Assembly: GCA_027484105.1 (NCBI GenBank)
Contig: JAIXUG010000001.1
Location: 27,599 to 91,598, forward strand
Length of the DNA: 64,000 nt
Reading direction: 5' to 3'
DNA from: Comamonadaceae bacterium
Lineage (GTDB): Bacteria > Pseudomonadota > Gammaproteobacteria > Burkholderiales > Burkholderiaceae_C
Both the position numbers and the translations under genes were made by a program. The notes beneath the pieces were generated by a model. It was given only the letters and a program-made list of their open reading frames with translations. It did no database searches and was not told the DNA's origin. Of this stretch, positions 10,359 through 19,342 are shown one piece after another (positions within the stretch are counted from its first letter, which is position 1; every line of letters begins with the position of its first letter).

Positions 10359-11267
10359 TCAAAGGAATTGGGCGCTCGCTTGCATCGTCAGCCAGCCTTC
10401 GTGGTCTTGTGCCCACAGGCGCAGGCGCTGCTCATCCACCGCTTGTGCGTTCACTTGCAAGGGACGAGCGTCGGCGCACTCAAAGGTGGGGCGCAGGGCT
10501 TTGAATTCGAAGCGGTGAATGGGCCGCTGGGTGTGCCTGCGCACCAGGTCCAGCAGCAGCGTGGCGATCAGGGGGCCATGCACCACCAGCCCCGGATAGC
10601 CTTCCACCTGCCGCACGTAATCGCGGTCGTAATGGATGCGGTGGCCGTTGAAAGTCAGGGCCGAGTAACGGAACAGCAGCACCGCATCGGGCACGAGGGT
10701 GCGTTGCCACAAAGGGCTTGTGGGGTCGTGCAAGCCGGCTGCCGCTTGCACCGCAGGCGCCGCAGGCGCCGCATCATCGGGGGTGGCTGCGGGGCGGTAC
10801 ACGATGTCGTGCTCTTCCCTCAGGCACAAGCCCTGTGCGTTGTGCACCTCGTGTCCCACCTGCACAAACAGCAGGGGTCCACTGCGCCCTGTTTTGTATT
10901 GGACTGAATCGATGGTCGATGTCCGCCAGGCCTCATCGCCCACCCGCAGCGGGGCATGCCACTGCAGGCGGCCGCCCGCCCACATGCGGCGCGGCAGGGG
11001 CACGGGGGGCAAAAAACCGCCGCGCAGCGCATGGCCATCGGGGCCGGTTTCGCTTTGCGCGTGGTGCGGCAAAAAGAACAACCAATGCCACAAAGGCGGC
11101 ACTTCGGTGCCTGGGGCGACAGCCGGGTCATGGCGATCCAGGGTGGCGCTCAGACCACGCAAGGGCGCGGGTGTGATCAGGTCGTGCACCGTCTCGCTGC
11201 GGCCTTGCCAACTTTGCAGCTGGGCCAGCGTGTCGGCGCTCAACATGGGGGCATGCTCTGTGGACAT
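10359..11267 (-). CDS. MaoC/FAS1-like double hot-dog (R)-specific enoyl-CoA hydratase (itaconyl/mesaconyl-CoA hydratase-like)
   Basis: Hot-dog motifs 'FNGHRIHYDRDY' and 'YPGLVVHGPL'. The start was chosen at 'MSTEHAPML'. The upstream part of the ORF looks non-coding. Confidence 0.7.
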   Translation of the reverse strand: MSTEHAPMLSADTLAQLQSWQGRSETVHDLITPAPLRGLSATLDRHDPAVAPGTEVPPLWHWLFFLPHHAQSETGPDGHALRGGFLPPVPLPRRMWAGGRLQWHAPLRVGDEAWRTSTIDSVQYKTGRSGPLLFVQVGHEVHNAQGLCLREEHDIVYRPAATPDDAAPAAPAVQAAAGLHDPTSPLWQRTLVPDAVLLFRYSALTFNGHRIHYDRDYVRQVEGYPGLVVHGPLIATLLLDLVRRHTQRPIHRFEFKALRPTFECADARPLQVNAQAVDEQRLRLWAQDHEGWLTMQASAQFL

Positions 11268-11455
11268 GCCAGTCAGTTTAGCCAAGGTGATCTGGGGGCG
11301 CCAATCACCCGGGTGACGTCTCAAGGCATGGGCTCGGTCGGGCCTGAGCAGGGCCCGTGACATCAGTCGCTCAGGTGCCTCTTGGCAGCGCAACGCCCCT
11401 GTGCAAAGCACTGCGCCAGCGTTAAGCTCGCAGGCTTCAAAAAGGCTTGGCGAAC

Positions 11456-12166
11456 ATGATCAACAAGTTTGTTTCTTCCGTCAGCGAGGCGCTGGCGGGC
11501 ACGGCCGACGGCGCCACGGTGATGATTGGCGGGTTTGGCACCGCAGGCATTCCCGATGAACTGATTGAGGGCCTGCTGGCCCAAGGGGCACGCGACCTCA
11601 CCTTGGTCAACAACAATGCGGGCAACGCCGAGCAAGGCTTGGCGGCTTTGCTCAAGGCGGGGCGGGTGCGCAAAATCATTTGCAGTTTTCCACGGCAAAC
11701 CGACTCCTATGTGTTCGATGGTTTGTACCGTTCGGGCCAGGTCGAGCTGGAATTGGTGCCCCAGGGCAATTTGGCCGAGCGCATCCGGGCCGCCGGCGCA
11801 GGCATTGGCGGGTTTTTCACGCCCACGGGGTATGGCACCGATCTGGCCAAGCACCCCGATGGCTCGCCCAAAGAGACGCGTGAAATCGATGGCCGCATGT
11901 ACGTGTACGAAACGCCCATCCATGCCGATCTGGCCCTGATCAAAGCCGAACGCGGCGACCGCTGGGGCAACCTGACCTACCGCAAGGCAGCGCGCAACTT
12001 TGGCCCCATCATGGCCATGGCGGCACGCAAAACCGTGGCCACGGTGCACGAGCAAGTGGCCTTGGGCGAGATGGACCCCGAGACCGTGGTCACGCCCGGT
12101 ATTTTTGTGCAAGCGGTGGTCAAGATCGACCGTGTGGCCACGCAGGCCGGAGGCATCAAGGCATGA
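11456..12166 (+). CDS. 3-oxoacid CoA-transferase subunit A
   Basis: 'GGFGTAGIPDELI' and overall ScoA/PcaI/AtoD-like sequence. ATG at 11456; an in-frame TTG at 11447 is an alternative start. Confidence 0.9.
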   Translation: MINKFVSSVSEALAGTADGATVMIGGFGTAGIPDELIEGLLAQGARDLTLVNNNAGNAEQGLAALLKAGRVRKIICSFPRQTDSYVFDGLYRSGQVELELVPQGNLAERIRAAGAGIGGFFTPTGYGTDLAKHPDGSPKETREIDGRMYVYETPIHADLALIKAERGDRWGNLTYRKAARNFGPIMAMAARKTVATVHEQVALGEMDPETVVTPGIFVQAVVKIDRVATQAGGIKA

Positions 12167-12807
12167 GCTACACCCGACGCAGCAAAGACGAATTGGCCGC
12201 CCGCGTGGCGCAAGACATTCCCGAGGGGGCCACGGTGAACTTAGGGATTGGCCAGCCCACCTTGGTCGCCAACCACATTCCGGCCAGCCGCGAGGTGCTC
12301 TTGCACAGCGAAAACGGCATCCTGGGCATGGGCCCGGCACCGGCCAAAGGCCTGGAAGATTACGACCTGATCAACGCGGGCAAACAGCCGGTGACTTTGT
12401 TGCCGGGTGGCGCGTATTTTCACCACGCCGACAGCTTTGCCATGATGCGCGGCGGGCACCTGGACATCTGCGTGCTGGGCGCGTTTCAGGTCAGCGCCAC
12501 CGGCGATCTGGCCAACTGGCACACCGGCGAGGCCAATGCCATTCCCGCCGTGGGCGGTGCCATGGACTTGGCGGTGGGGGCCAAGCAAACCTGGGTGATG
12601 ATGGACCTGCTGACCAAACAAGGACACAGCAAATTGGTGCCCGCTTGCAGCTATCCGCTGACCGGCATTGGCTGTGTCAAACGCGTTTACACCGACCTGG
12701 CCACTTTTGCCTGCACACCGCAAGGGTTGGCGGTGATCGATGCCGTGGATGGCCTGAGCCTGGACGCACTGTCCGAGCTGGTGGGTTTGCCTTTGCGGAT
12801 GGCTTGA
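12163..12807 (+). CDS. 3-oxoacid CoA-transferase subunit B
   Basis: The catalytic-Glu motif 'SENGILGMGP' is present. The start overlaps the subunit A stop (ATGA). Confidence 0.9.
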   Translation: MSYTRRSKDELAARVAQDIPEGATVNLGIGQPTLVANHIPASREVLLHSENGILGMGPAPAKGLEDYDLINAGKQPVTLLPGGAYFHHADSFAMMRGGHLDICVLGAFQVSATGDLANWHTGEANAIPAVGGAMDLAVGAKQTWVMMDLLTKQGHSKLVPACSYPLTGIGCVKRVYTDLATFACTPQGLAVIDAVDGLSLDALSELVGLPLRMA

Positions 12808-12837
12808 AGCGGGCCCCTTCAAGCCACGGCCACAGGC

Positions 12838-13413
12838 TCAATGCGGAAACGGCGCAATGCCCGGCGCAGCGTTGTCGGGCAAATCACGCCGCGTGGTGTT
12901 CATCACCATCGCCAGCAAGCTGTAGTAGCCGCAGTGCGCCGTCATGTCGATGACACCTTGGTCGCCAAACATCTTTTGCGCAGCCGCCCAGGTCACATCG
13001 CTCACCGACTGGTTGTGCAGCAGTTCCTGCAAGAAGTCGTACACCATGGTTTCTTCAGCCGTCATGTGGGGCGGGCGGCGGCCTTCGGCAATCGCATCAC
13101 AGGTTTCTTCGCTCACACCTGCTTTCATGGCGATGGGTTTGTGGATGTGCCACTCGACCGGTTGCGACCAGTGGCGCGCCACCACCAGCACCGCGAACTC
13201 CGAGTTGTGCAAACCCACGGAGTTGTCGTAGCGCAGGTATTCCCCCACCTTTTGCAGGCGGCGCATCAGCTCGGGGCTGCGCATCAAGGGCACAAAGGGG
13301 CCCGAGAGTTTGCCGCGCGGCCCGCTGACGAGTTCGTCCACCGCGGCGCGTTGGGCCTCGGTCATTTGTTCACGCGGGATTTCGGGCAGGCGGTCGGTTT
13401 TGGGTGCGGTCAT
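12838..13413 (-). CDS. Carboxymuconolactone decarboxylase (AhpD-like) family protein
   Basis: A 191-aa all-helical protein with CMD-family character. This is a family-level call only. Confidence 0.65.
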   Translation of the reverse strand: MTAPKTDRLPEIPREQMTEAQRAAVDELVSGPRGKLSGPFVPLMRSPELMRRLQKVGEYLRYDNSVGLHNSEFAVLVVARHWSQPVEWHIHKPIAMKAGVSEETCDAIAEGRRPPHMTAEETMVYDFLQELLHNQSVSDVTWAAAQKMFGDQGVIDMTAHCGYYSLLAMVMNTTRRDLPDNAAPGIAPFPH

Positions 13414-13483
13414 CGGGCTGTCTCTTGGGGTGAGGGGCGGGTTGAAAGATCAAGCCCCAATTTATCACCGGACCTGACGACGA

Positions 13484-14236
13484 TCAGTCGTGTGCGGGAT
13501 AGCCCGGTGGCGCCACCGCCGCGCCCTGGATCTGGTGGCGCACAAAGGCCTCGGCCACCCAGCCCGACTGTTTGGCGTCCTCCACAAAACCGTTCAGCCA
13601 TTGCCGCGCTGGTTCGCTGCGCTGTGCGGGCATGCCCATGGCCTGGTGAATGACCATGAAGCGGCCTGGCAGCAGCCGCACGCCCGGCAGGCGCTGCGCG
13701 TCGGCTTCCAATTGTTGCTTGACGCCTGCAGCCACCTCGAGTTGCTGCGCCAGGAACACATCGACCACCGCAGGCGAGCTGGGCGCGCGCACGATGGTGG
13801 CTTGTTTCAGCTGGCGCGTCAGGTACAAATCGTAGGCACTGCCTGCGCCCACCGTGACGCGCTGGCCAGGCTGATCGACCTGATCGTTGCTTTGCAAGGG
13901 CGAGTCGTTGCGCACCATGTAGGCGCCTTCGATTTGCACATAAGGCGGCGAAAAATGCAGACCCTCGCCGCGCAGCGGGTCGATGGCAAAAAAGCCGATG
14001 TCGGCTTCGTCGGCACGCACGCACTGCACAGACGCATCGGCTTTCTTGAAAACACGCCATTCAATGCCCAGGCCCAGCTGGGCCGCCAGTTTGCGCGACA
14101 GGTCGGCCGAAATGCCCGAGGGTTCGCCGGCTGCGTCGAGCCCGGCGAGCACCGGGTTGCCCAGGTTGATGGCCACGCGCAAGACGCCGTGGGGTGCGAA
14201 CTGATCGGCCAAAGTGTTTGCAGCTGCAGAGTTCAT
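13484..14236 (-). CDS. Type-3 solute-binding-protein-like domain protein with no recognisable signal peptide
   Basis: 'VLRVAINLGNPVLAG' and overall SBP_bac_3-like sequence. Only ATG 14236 or 14275 fit before the upstream gene, and neither gives a signal peptide. Confidence 0.6.
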   Translation of the reverse strand: MNSAAANTLADQFAPHGVLRVAINLGNPVLAGLDAAGEPSGISADLSRKLAAQLGLGIEWRVFKKADASVQCVRADEADIGFFAIDPLRGEGLHFSPPYVQIEGAYMVRNDSPLQSNDQVDQPGQRVTVGAGSAYDLYLTRQLKQATIVRAPSSPAVVDVFLAQQLEVAAGVKQQLEADAQRLPGVRLLPGRFMVIHQAMGMPAQRSEPARQWLNGFVEDAKQSGWVAEAFVRHQIQGAAVAPPGYPAHD

Positions 14237-14328
14237 GGGGTCTAGGGAAAATGAACGAAAAAAACCTGCACCCATTTTAAAAACCGAGCCGTGCAGTTGG
14301 CTGACAGCCTCCTGTCGGGGATGACGCC

Positions 14329-15027
14329 TCAGCCCAAGACTTGGAGCACCGCCGTCAAATCCCGCCCGGTGTGGTGAGGTGCGGGCCCGATGGCTTCGGG
14401 TGGCAGGCCCTGGCGGTTGACCCACAGGGTGGTGAAGCCAAACCAGGTCGCGCCCATCACATCCCAGGCGTTGCTCGAGACAAACAACACTTCGGCGGGT
14501 GCAAGCCCAAAGTGGTCGGTCACGATTTGGTAGCTGGTGGGCGTGGTTTTGAACTGGCGCACGCTGTCCACCGACAGCACCGCGTCCAGGCATTCACCCA
14601 TGCCCGCACTGTGCACGGCCGAGGCCAGCATCTCGGGGCTGCCGTTGGACAAAATCGCCGTGGCCATGCCCCGCTCGCGCAAAGCTTGCAGTACCCCCAG
14701 GTTTTCTGGAAAAGCCGTGAGCTCGGCGTACTGCGCCATCAGCGCTTCTTCATTCGCGTGGGTGTGCACCAGGCCCAAACGCGCCAGCGCATACCGCAGC
14801 GACAAGCGCGTGATGTCCCAAAACGACTGGTAATGCCGGCTGCCTTGAGGACTCGGATCGCTCAGCGAAATCAGCCGCGTGTACTCGATTTGCTTGTCTC
14901 GCCAGAGCACCGACAGGGCCGCGCCTTGTCCGGGGTAGAGCCGCTCGGCGAGGGCGCCGATCGAGTACATATCGAACAAGGTGCCATAGGCGTCGAAGAC
15001 CACGGCTTGGATGGTGGTCTTGCTCAT
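14329..15027 (-). CDS. Haloacid dehalogenase type II (HAD superfamily)
   Basis: HAD motif I 'VVFDAYGTLFD' and type II dehalogenase-like length (232 aa). Confidence 0.85.
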   Translation of the reverse strand: MSKTTIQAVVFDAYGTLFDMYSIGALAERLYPGQGAALSVLWRDKQIEYTRLISLSDPSPQGSRHYQSFWDITRLSLRYALARLGLVHTHANEEALMAQYAELTAFPENLGVLQALRERGMATAILSNGSPEMLASAVHSAGMGECLDAVLSVDSVRQFKTTPTSYQIVTDHFGLAPAEVLFVSSNAWDVMGATWFGFTTLWVNRQGLPPEAIGPAPHHTGRDLTAVLQVLG

Positions 15028-15109
15028 GCCCGGTGCGCGGTTTTCAAGAGAACCAAACAGTTTTCGGGGTGTAAGGGCAGGTCTTGATGCATTGCAGGAT
15101 TCAAGGCGT

Positions 15110-17473
15110 TCAGGTTTTCAAAACCACCGGCTCCAGCGCATCGGCTTGTGCGTTGATGCGGCCAATGATCGCTGTGTGCGCGTAACCTGCGTCCTTCAAG
15201 GCCTGCACACAGGCCGCCGCTTGTGCGGCAGGCACGCTGGCCAGCAAACCGCCTGCGGTTTGCGGATCGAACAGCAGCGGGTAGCGCGGGTCTTGCACAA
15301 AGTCTTCGGCATTGCGCAAGGCGCGACGCAAGCGCACATTGGCGGGCTGCAAAGAGCTCACGATGCCCGCTTTGACGCAGTCCACCGCGCCGTCGAGCAG
15401 GGGTAGCTGGCTCAGCTGCAACTCGGCGTCCACGCCCGAGGGGCGCGTCATTTCCACCAAATGGCCCAGCAGACCAAACCCCGTGAGGTCGGTACAGGCC
15501 GTGGCGCCGTGGTGGCGCAAAATTTGAGCGCCTGCCTGGTTGGATTGCACCATCGACTGCAGCGCGGCCGCGATCCAGCGGCCCTTGGCAGCCGCTCGGG
15601 CGTGCGCGGCAAACAGCGTGCCGGTGCCCATGGGTTTGGTCAGCAGCAGCAGATCGCCGGCTTGCATGCCGCCCTTGCGCATCACGCCGCTCATCTGCTC
15701 GTCGATCAGGCCATTGATGGCAAAGCCCAAGGCCAACTCGGCCCCCTCGCCCGTGTGCCCGCCCACCAGCGCGCAGCCTGCGGCGTTCAGCACCTCCATG
15801 GCCCCGCCCATCATTTGCTTGAGCAGGTCTTCCACCTTGCGCTCCAGACCCGGCGGCACCGTGACGACCGCGGTGGCGCTTTGCGGCTCAGCCCCCATGG
15901 CAAAGATGTCACCCAGTGCGTGGTTGGCCGCCACCTTGCCAAACAGGTAAGGGTCGTCGATGAACGAGCGGAAAAAGTCCACGGTGTGCACCATGGCCAT
16001 GCCCGGTGGCACGCGCACCACGGCCGCGTCGTCGGGCGAATGCAGGCCGATCAAGACGTCGGAACGGTCCACCGGCTGCAACGACCCCAAGGCGCGAGAC
16101 AAGACATTGGCACCGACTTTGGCCCCGCAGCCGCCACAGCGCATGGCGATGGCCGAAATGGCTTGCAGCGATTCCTCAGAGCTCAAACTCAGGCGTGTGG
16201 TCGGGGCCTTGCCCTGCACCTGGATGTCCCTGAGCAGTTGCCCCATGGCGCGCACAGCTTCGCGCAAATTGGCCCCGGGTGAAACGCCGCCTGTGTGAGG
16301 CATGGCGGGCCACTCGCTGAAGCGCCGCATGAAATGGCGGTCGATCCGGTCTTTCCAACGCCAGACCCATTCACCACCAAAACCCAAGGCACCGCGAGAC
16401 CCGACGGCATACCGGTTGCCCGTGGATATCAAGGCCAGCCAATGCTGCTGGGGTGTATAGGCCTTCAGTTTTTGACCCCGCAGGCTGCGACGCAAATTGT
16501 CGGCCAAGGGCTTGGCCATGCGCACCGCGAACACGCCGGCTTTTTCCAGGGGGCGCTCGACAAACGAGGCCACATCGCCGGCCGCAAAAACCAAGGGGTC
16601 ATTCAAGCTCTGCAACTGCGGATGGACCAGGATGAAGCCTTGGGGGTCCAGTGCCAGCCCTGTGCTTTGCAGCCAGGCAGGCCCTCCGGCTTGTGTGACC
16701 CACATGGTTTCGTCGGCGTCAAAGGTTCGTCCATTGCGTGTGTGAAGGCAGCCTGGCGAGACTTGCACCACTTCAGCGTGGGTGTGCACTTCGACGTTGC
16801 GCTCTTGCATCACTTGCGCAAAACGTGCGCGCACGCCCGGGTTGTGGGTGGGCAAAATCGAATCGCCAGAGGTCAAGAGCACAAACTTCAGGTCTTCAGG
16901 GTTGCGCCCCAGGGCTTTGAGCTCAAGGCGCAAGCGGTATTGCATCGACAAGACCAGCTCGACCCCGCCAGCGCCGCCGCCCACCACCGCGATCGTCATG
17001 CGCCCCCGGTGGGAAGGCCATTGCCGCGCTTTGTCCAGCAGGGCCAACCAGCGCTGGTTGAATTGCGCAATGGGTTTGACGGGGGTGGCCAGGGCTTGCG
17101 CACCTTCGATGTTTTGCACCTGGGGTGTGGAGCCGGTGTTGATGGACAGCAGGTCGTAGGCCACGGGTGGCCGGTGTGCACAAATCACCTGTTGGTTCTG
17201 GCGGTCAATGCCCACCACTTCATCGCGGTACAAGCGGGCACCGGCAAATGCGCACAGGCGACCCAGGTCGATGTGCACCTCGTCAAAGCTGTAGTGGCCC
17301 GATATATAGCCGGGCAGCATGCCCGAGTAGGGGGTGTCGATGTCGGTGCAGATGACGGTGATGCGCACCCCGGGCTCGGGGTTCATGGCGAACATGCGCA
17401 GCACGCCCACATGGCTGTGGCCACCGCCGACCAGCACCAGGTCGCGCAACACGGGTTGGTTGATGGATTGCAT
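15110..17473 (-). CDS. selD: Bifunctional FAD-dependent pyridine nucleotide-disulfide oxidoreductase / selenide, water dikinase (SelD; SenC-like)
   Basis: N-terminal 'LVLVGGGHSHVG' flavoprotein domain (the 'N-term-to-SelD' family). C-terminal SelD/AIR-synthase fold with the N-loop 'RCGGCGAKVG' (catalytic Cys and Lys retained) and 'VGGHTGEG'. Confidence 0.9.
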   Translation of the reverse strand: MQSINQPVLRDLVLVGGGHSHVGVLRMFAMNPEPGVRITVICTDIDTPYSGMLPGYISGHYSFDEVHIDLGRLCAFAGARLYRDEVVGIDRQNQQVICAHRPPVAYDLLSINTGSTPQVQNIEGAQALATPVKPIAQFNQRWLALLDKARQWPSHRGRMTIAVVGGGAGGVELVLSMQYRLRLELKALGRNPEDLKFVLLTSGDSILPTHNPGVRARFAQVMQERNVEVHTHAEVVQVSPGCLHTRNGRTFDADETMWVTQAGGPAWLQSTGLALDPQGFILVHPQLQSLNDPLVFAAGDVASFVERPLEKAGVFAVRMAKPLADNLRRSLRGQKLKAYTPQQHWLALISTGNRYAVGSRGALGFGGEWVWRWKDRIDRHFMRRFSEWPAMPHTGGVSPGANLREAVRAMGQLLRDIQVQGKAPTTRLSLSSEESLQAISAIAMRCGGCGAKVGANVLSRALGSLQPVDRSDVLIGLHSPDDAAVVRVPPGMAMVHTVDFFRSFIDDPYLFGKVAANHALGDIFAMGAEPQSATAVVTVPPGLERKVEDLLKQMMGGAMEVLNAAGCALVGGHTGEGAELALGFAINGLIDEQMSGVMRKGGMQAGDLLLLTKPMGTGTLFAAHARAAAKGRWIAAALQSMVQSNQAGAQILRHHGATACTDLTGFGLLGHLVEMTRPSGVDAELQLSQLPLLDGAVDCVKAGIVSSLQPANVRLRRALRNAEDFVQDPRYPLLFDPQTAGGLLASVPAAQAAACVQALKDAGYAHTAIIGRINAQADALEPVVLKT

Positions 17474-17578
17474 TCTTGGGCTGTTCAGGTTGTGCTGGAG
17501 TTCAGGGGTGCATGACGATGGGGCTTGCGGCCATGTCTTGAGTGTGCCACCAGTTGAAAAGGGACTGGGTGGTTTTTG

Positions 17579-17611
17579 CTGTTCTGATGTAACGTATTGA
17601 CTTCAGAACAG
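17579..17611. promoter_or_regulatory. Perfect 9-bp inverted repeat in the selD / rSAM divergent promoter region
   Basis: 'CTGTTCTGA-N15-TCAGAACAG'. The AT-rich spacer contains a -35-like TTGACT. The repeat ends 28 nt before the rSAM ATG. Confidence 0.45.
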
Positions 17612-17638
17612 ACCGCCGCTTGATCAGGAACCCCCGCG

Positions 17639-18640
17639 ATGCACCCCACTTTGCCACTTTTGAGAGCGACCGACTTTCCGCCCATCCGCCGCAAAACCCT
17701 CGACACCTTGCAGGTCAATCTGGGCTACAAATGCAACCAGAGCTGTCTGCATTGCCATGTGGGCGCCGGCCCCAACCGCACGGAGATGATGGATGCGGCC
17801 ACAGTCGAGTCGGTCCTGGCGGTTTTGGCTCGGCGTCAGATTCAGACGCTGGATTTGACCGGGGGGGCGCCAGAGCTCAACAGCGAATTCCGGTCTTTGG
17901 TGGCGCGCGCGCGCGCCCTGGGGGTGCGCGTGATCGACCGCTGTAACCTCACCATTCTCAGTGAGCCTGGGCAAGAAGACCTGGCCGAATTCTTGGCTGC
18001 GCACCAAGTCGAGGTCACGGCATCTTTGCCCTGCTATTCGCCCGCCAATGTCGACCGACAAAGAGGTGATGGGGTTTTCGAGCGCAGCATTGCGGGGCTC
18101 AAGCAACTCAATGCCTTGGGATATGGTCAGGCTTCACGTCCTGAGCTTGTCCTGAATCTGGTTTACAACCCGCAAGGGCCCTCTTTGCCGCCGCCTCAGA
18201 CCGCCTTGCAGGCGGATTACAAGCGAGAGCTGCTCGCGCATTTCGGCATCCATTTCAACCACCTGTTTGCCTTGACCAACATGCCGGTGCAGCGTTTTGG
18301 CAGCACCTTGGTGAGCAAAGGCCAATTTGCAAGCTACATGCAGTTGCTGCGCAGTGCTTACCGTCCAGAAAATCTGGACACGGTCATGTGCCGCACCCTC
18401 ATCAGCGTGGATTGGCAAGGCTTTTTGTACGACTGCGATTTCAACCAGATGTTGGGGATGCCTTCACCCAGCGCGAGCGCCAAGCCAGCCCGCATTGAAG
18501 ACCTGTTGTCTTGGGAGGTGACGGAGCAGCCCATTGCCATTGCGGACCATTGCTATGGCTGTACCGCGGGTCAAGGCAGCAGTTGCGGCGGGGCTTTGGA
18601 AGACCCGCCAGCCCGGGTGGCGCAGTTGTCCCCGTCATGA
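17639..18640 (+). CDS. arsS: Radical SAM/Cys-rich domain protein, ArsS-like (TIGR04167-type), Cys form
   Basis: rSAM cluster motif 'CNQSCLHC'. The C-terminal Cys-rich motif is 'HCYGCTAGQGSSCGG'. From memory, some homologues carry Sec in this motif. Confidence 0.85.
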   Translation: MHPTLPLLRATDFPPIRRKTLDTLQVNLGYKCNQSCLHCHVGAGPNRTEMMDAATVESVLAVLARRQIQTLDLTGGAPELNSEFRSLVARARALGVRVIDRCNLTILSEPGQEDLAEFLAAHQVEVTASLPCYSPANVDRQRGDGVFERSIAGLKQLNALGYGQASRPELVLNLVYNPQGPSLPPPQTALQADYKRELLAHFGIHFNHLFALTNMPVQRFGSTLVSKGQFASYMQLLRSAYRPENLDTVMCRTLISVDWQGFLYDCDFNQMLGMPSPSASAKPARIEDLLSWEVTEQPIAIADHCYGCTAGQGSSCGGALEDPPARVAQLSPS

Positions 18641-19342
18641 GTGCCGCCAACCTTGGCTGAACCCATGCGATCGCCTTTGTGCATTGTGCTGCCGGTGCTG
18701 AACGAAGCGGCCACCCTGGAGGCCACGTTGCAAAGCCTGGCGCCCTTGCGCCTGCGCGGCGCTGCTGTGGTGGTGGTGGATGGCGGCAGCACCGATGCCA
18801 CCATGGACTTGGCCCGCCCCCATGCCGATGTGGTGATGGCCTCTGCGCGCGGTCGCGCGGCCCAAATGAACGCGGGGGCGGCCTTGGGCCGGGGTGATGT
18901 GCTCTTGTTTTTGCATGCGGACACCACCTTGCCCGACCAGGCCGACCGATGCGTCACGCAAGCGCTGGCCGCAGGCCATGCCTGGGGGCGATTTGATGTG
19001 CGCATCGCCGGCAGCCACTGGATGCTGCCGGTGGTGGCCACCCTGATGAACAGGCGCTCGCGCTGGACGGGCATCGCCACGGGCGACCAGGCCCTGTTCA
19101 TGCGCCGTGAGGTGTTTGAGCACCTGGGGGGCTTTGCCGCGCAAGCCCTGATGGAAGACATCGAGATGTCCAAGCGCTTGCGCGATTGGGGGGCACCCGC
19201 TTGCATCCGCCAACCGGTGCGCACTTCCGGGCGACGTTGGGAGCAGCACGGCGTGTGGCGCACCATTTTTTTGATGTGGCGCTTGCGCTGGCGTTACTGG
19301 CGTGGCGAGTCGCCCGATCGATTGGCACAGGACTACCGATGA
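18641..19342 (+). CDS. GT-A family 2 glycosyltransferase-like protein ('transferase 2, rSAM/selenodomain-associated' type)
   Basis: 'IVLPVLNEA...VVVVDGGSTD...FLHADT'. A GTG at 18641 directly abuts the rSAM stop; an ATG at 18665 is an alternative start. Confidence 0.8.
   Translation: MPPTLAEPMRSPLCIVLPVLNEAATLEATLQSLAPLRLRGAAVVVVDGGSTDATMDLARPHADVVMASARGRAAQMNAGAALGRGDVLLFLHADTTLPDQADRCVTQALAAGHAWGRFDVRIAGSHWMLPVVATLMNRRSRWTGIATGDQALFMRREVFEHLGGFAAQALMEDIEMSKRLRDWGAPACIRQPVRTSGRRWEQHGVWRTIFLMWRLRWRYWRGESPDRLAQDYR

Noticed and set aside
18560-18600. A possible UGA-encoded selenocysteine in the rSAM C-terminal motif.
   Set aside because: The motif reads 'GSSCGG' with a normal TGC Cys codon and the ORF is uninterrupted. 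This is the Cys form, with no in-frame TGA and no need for a SECIS element.
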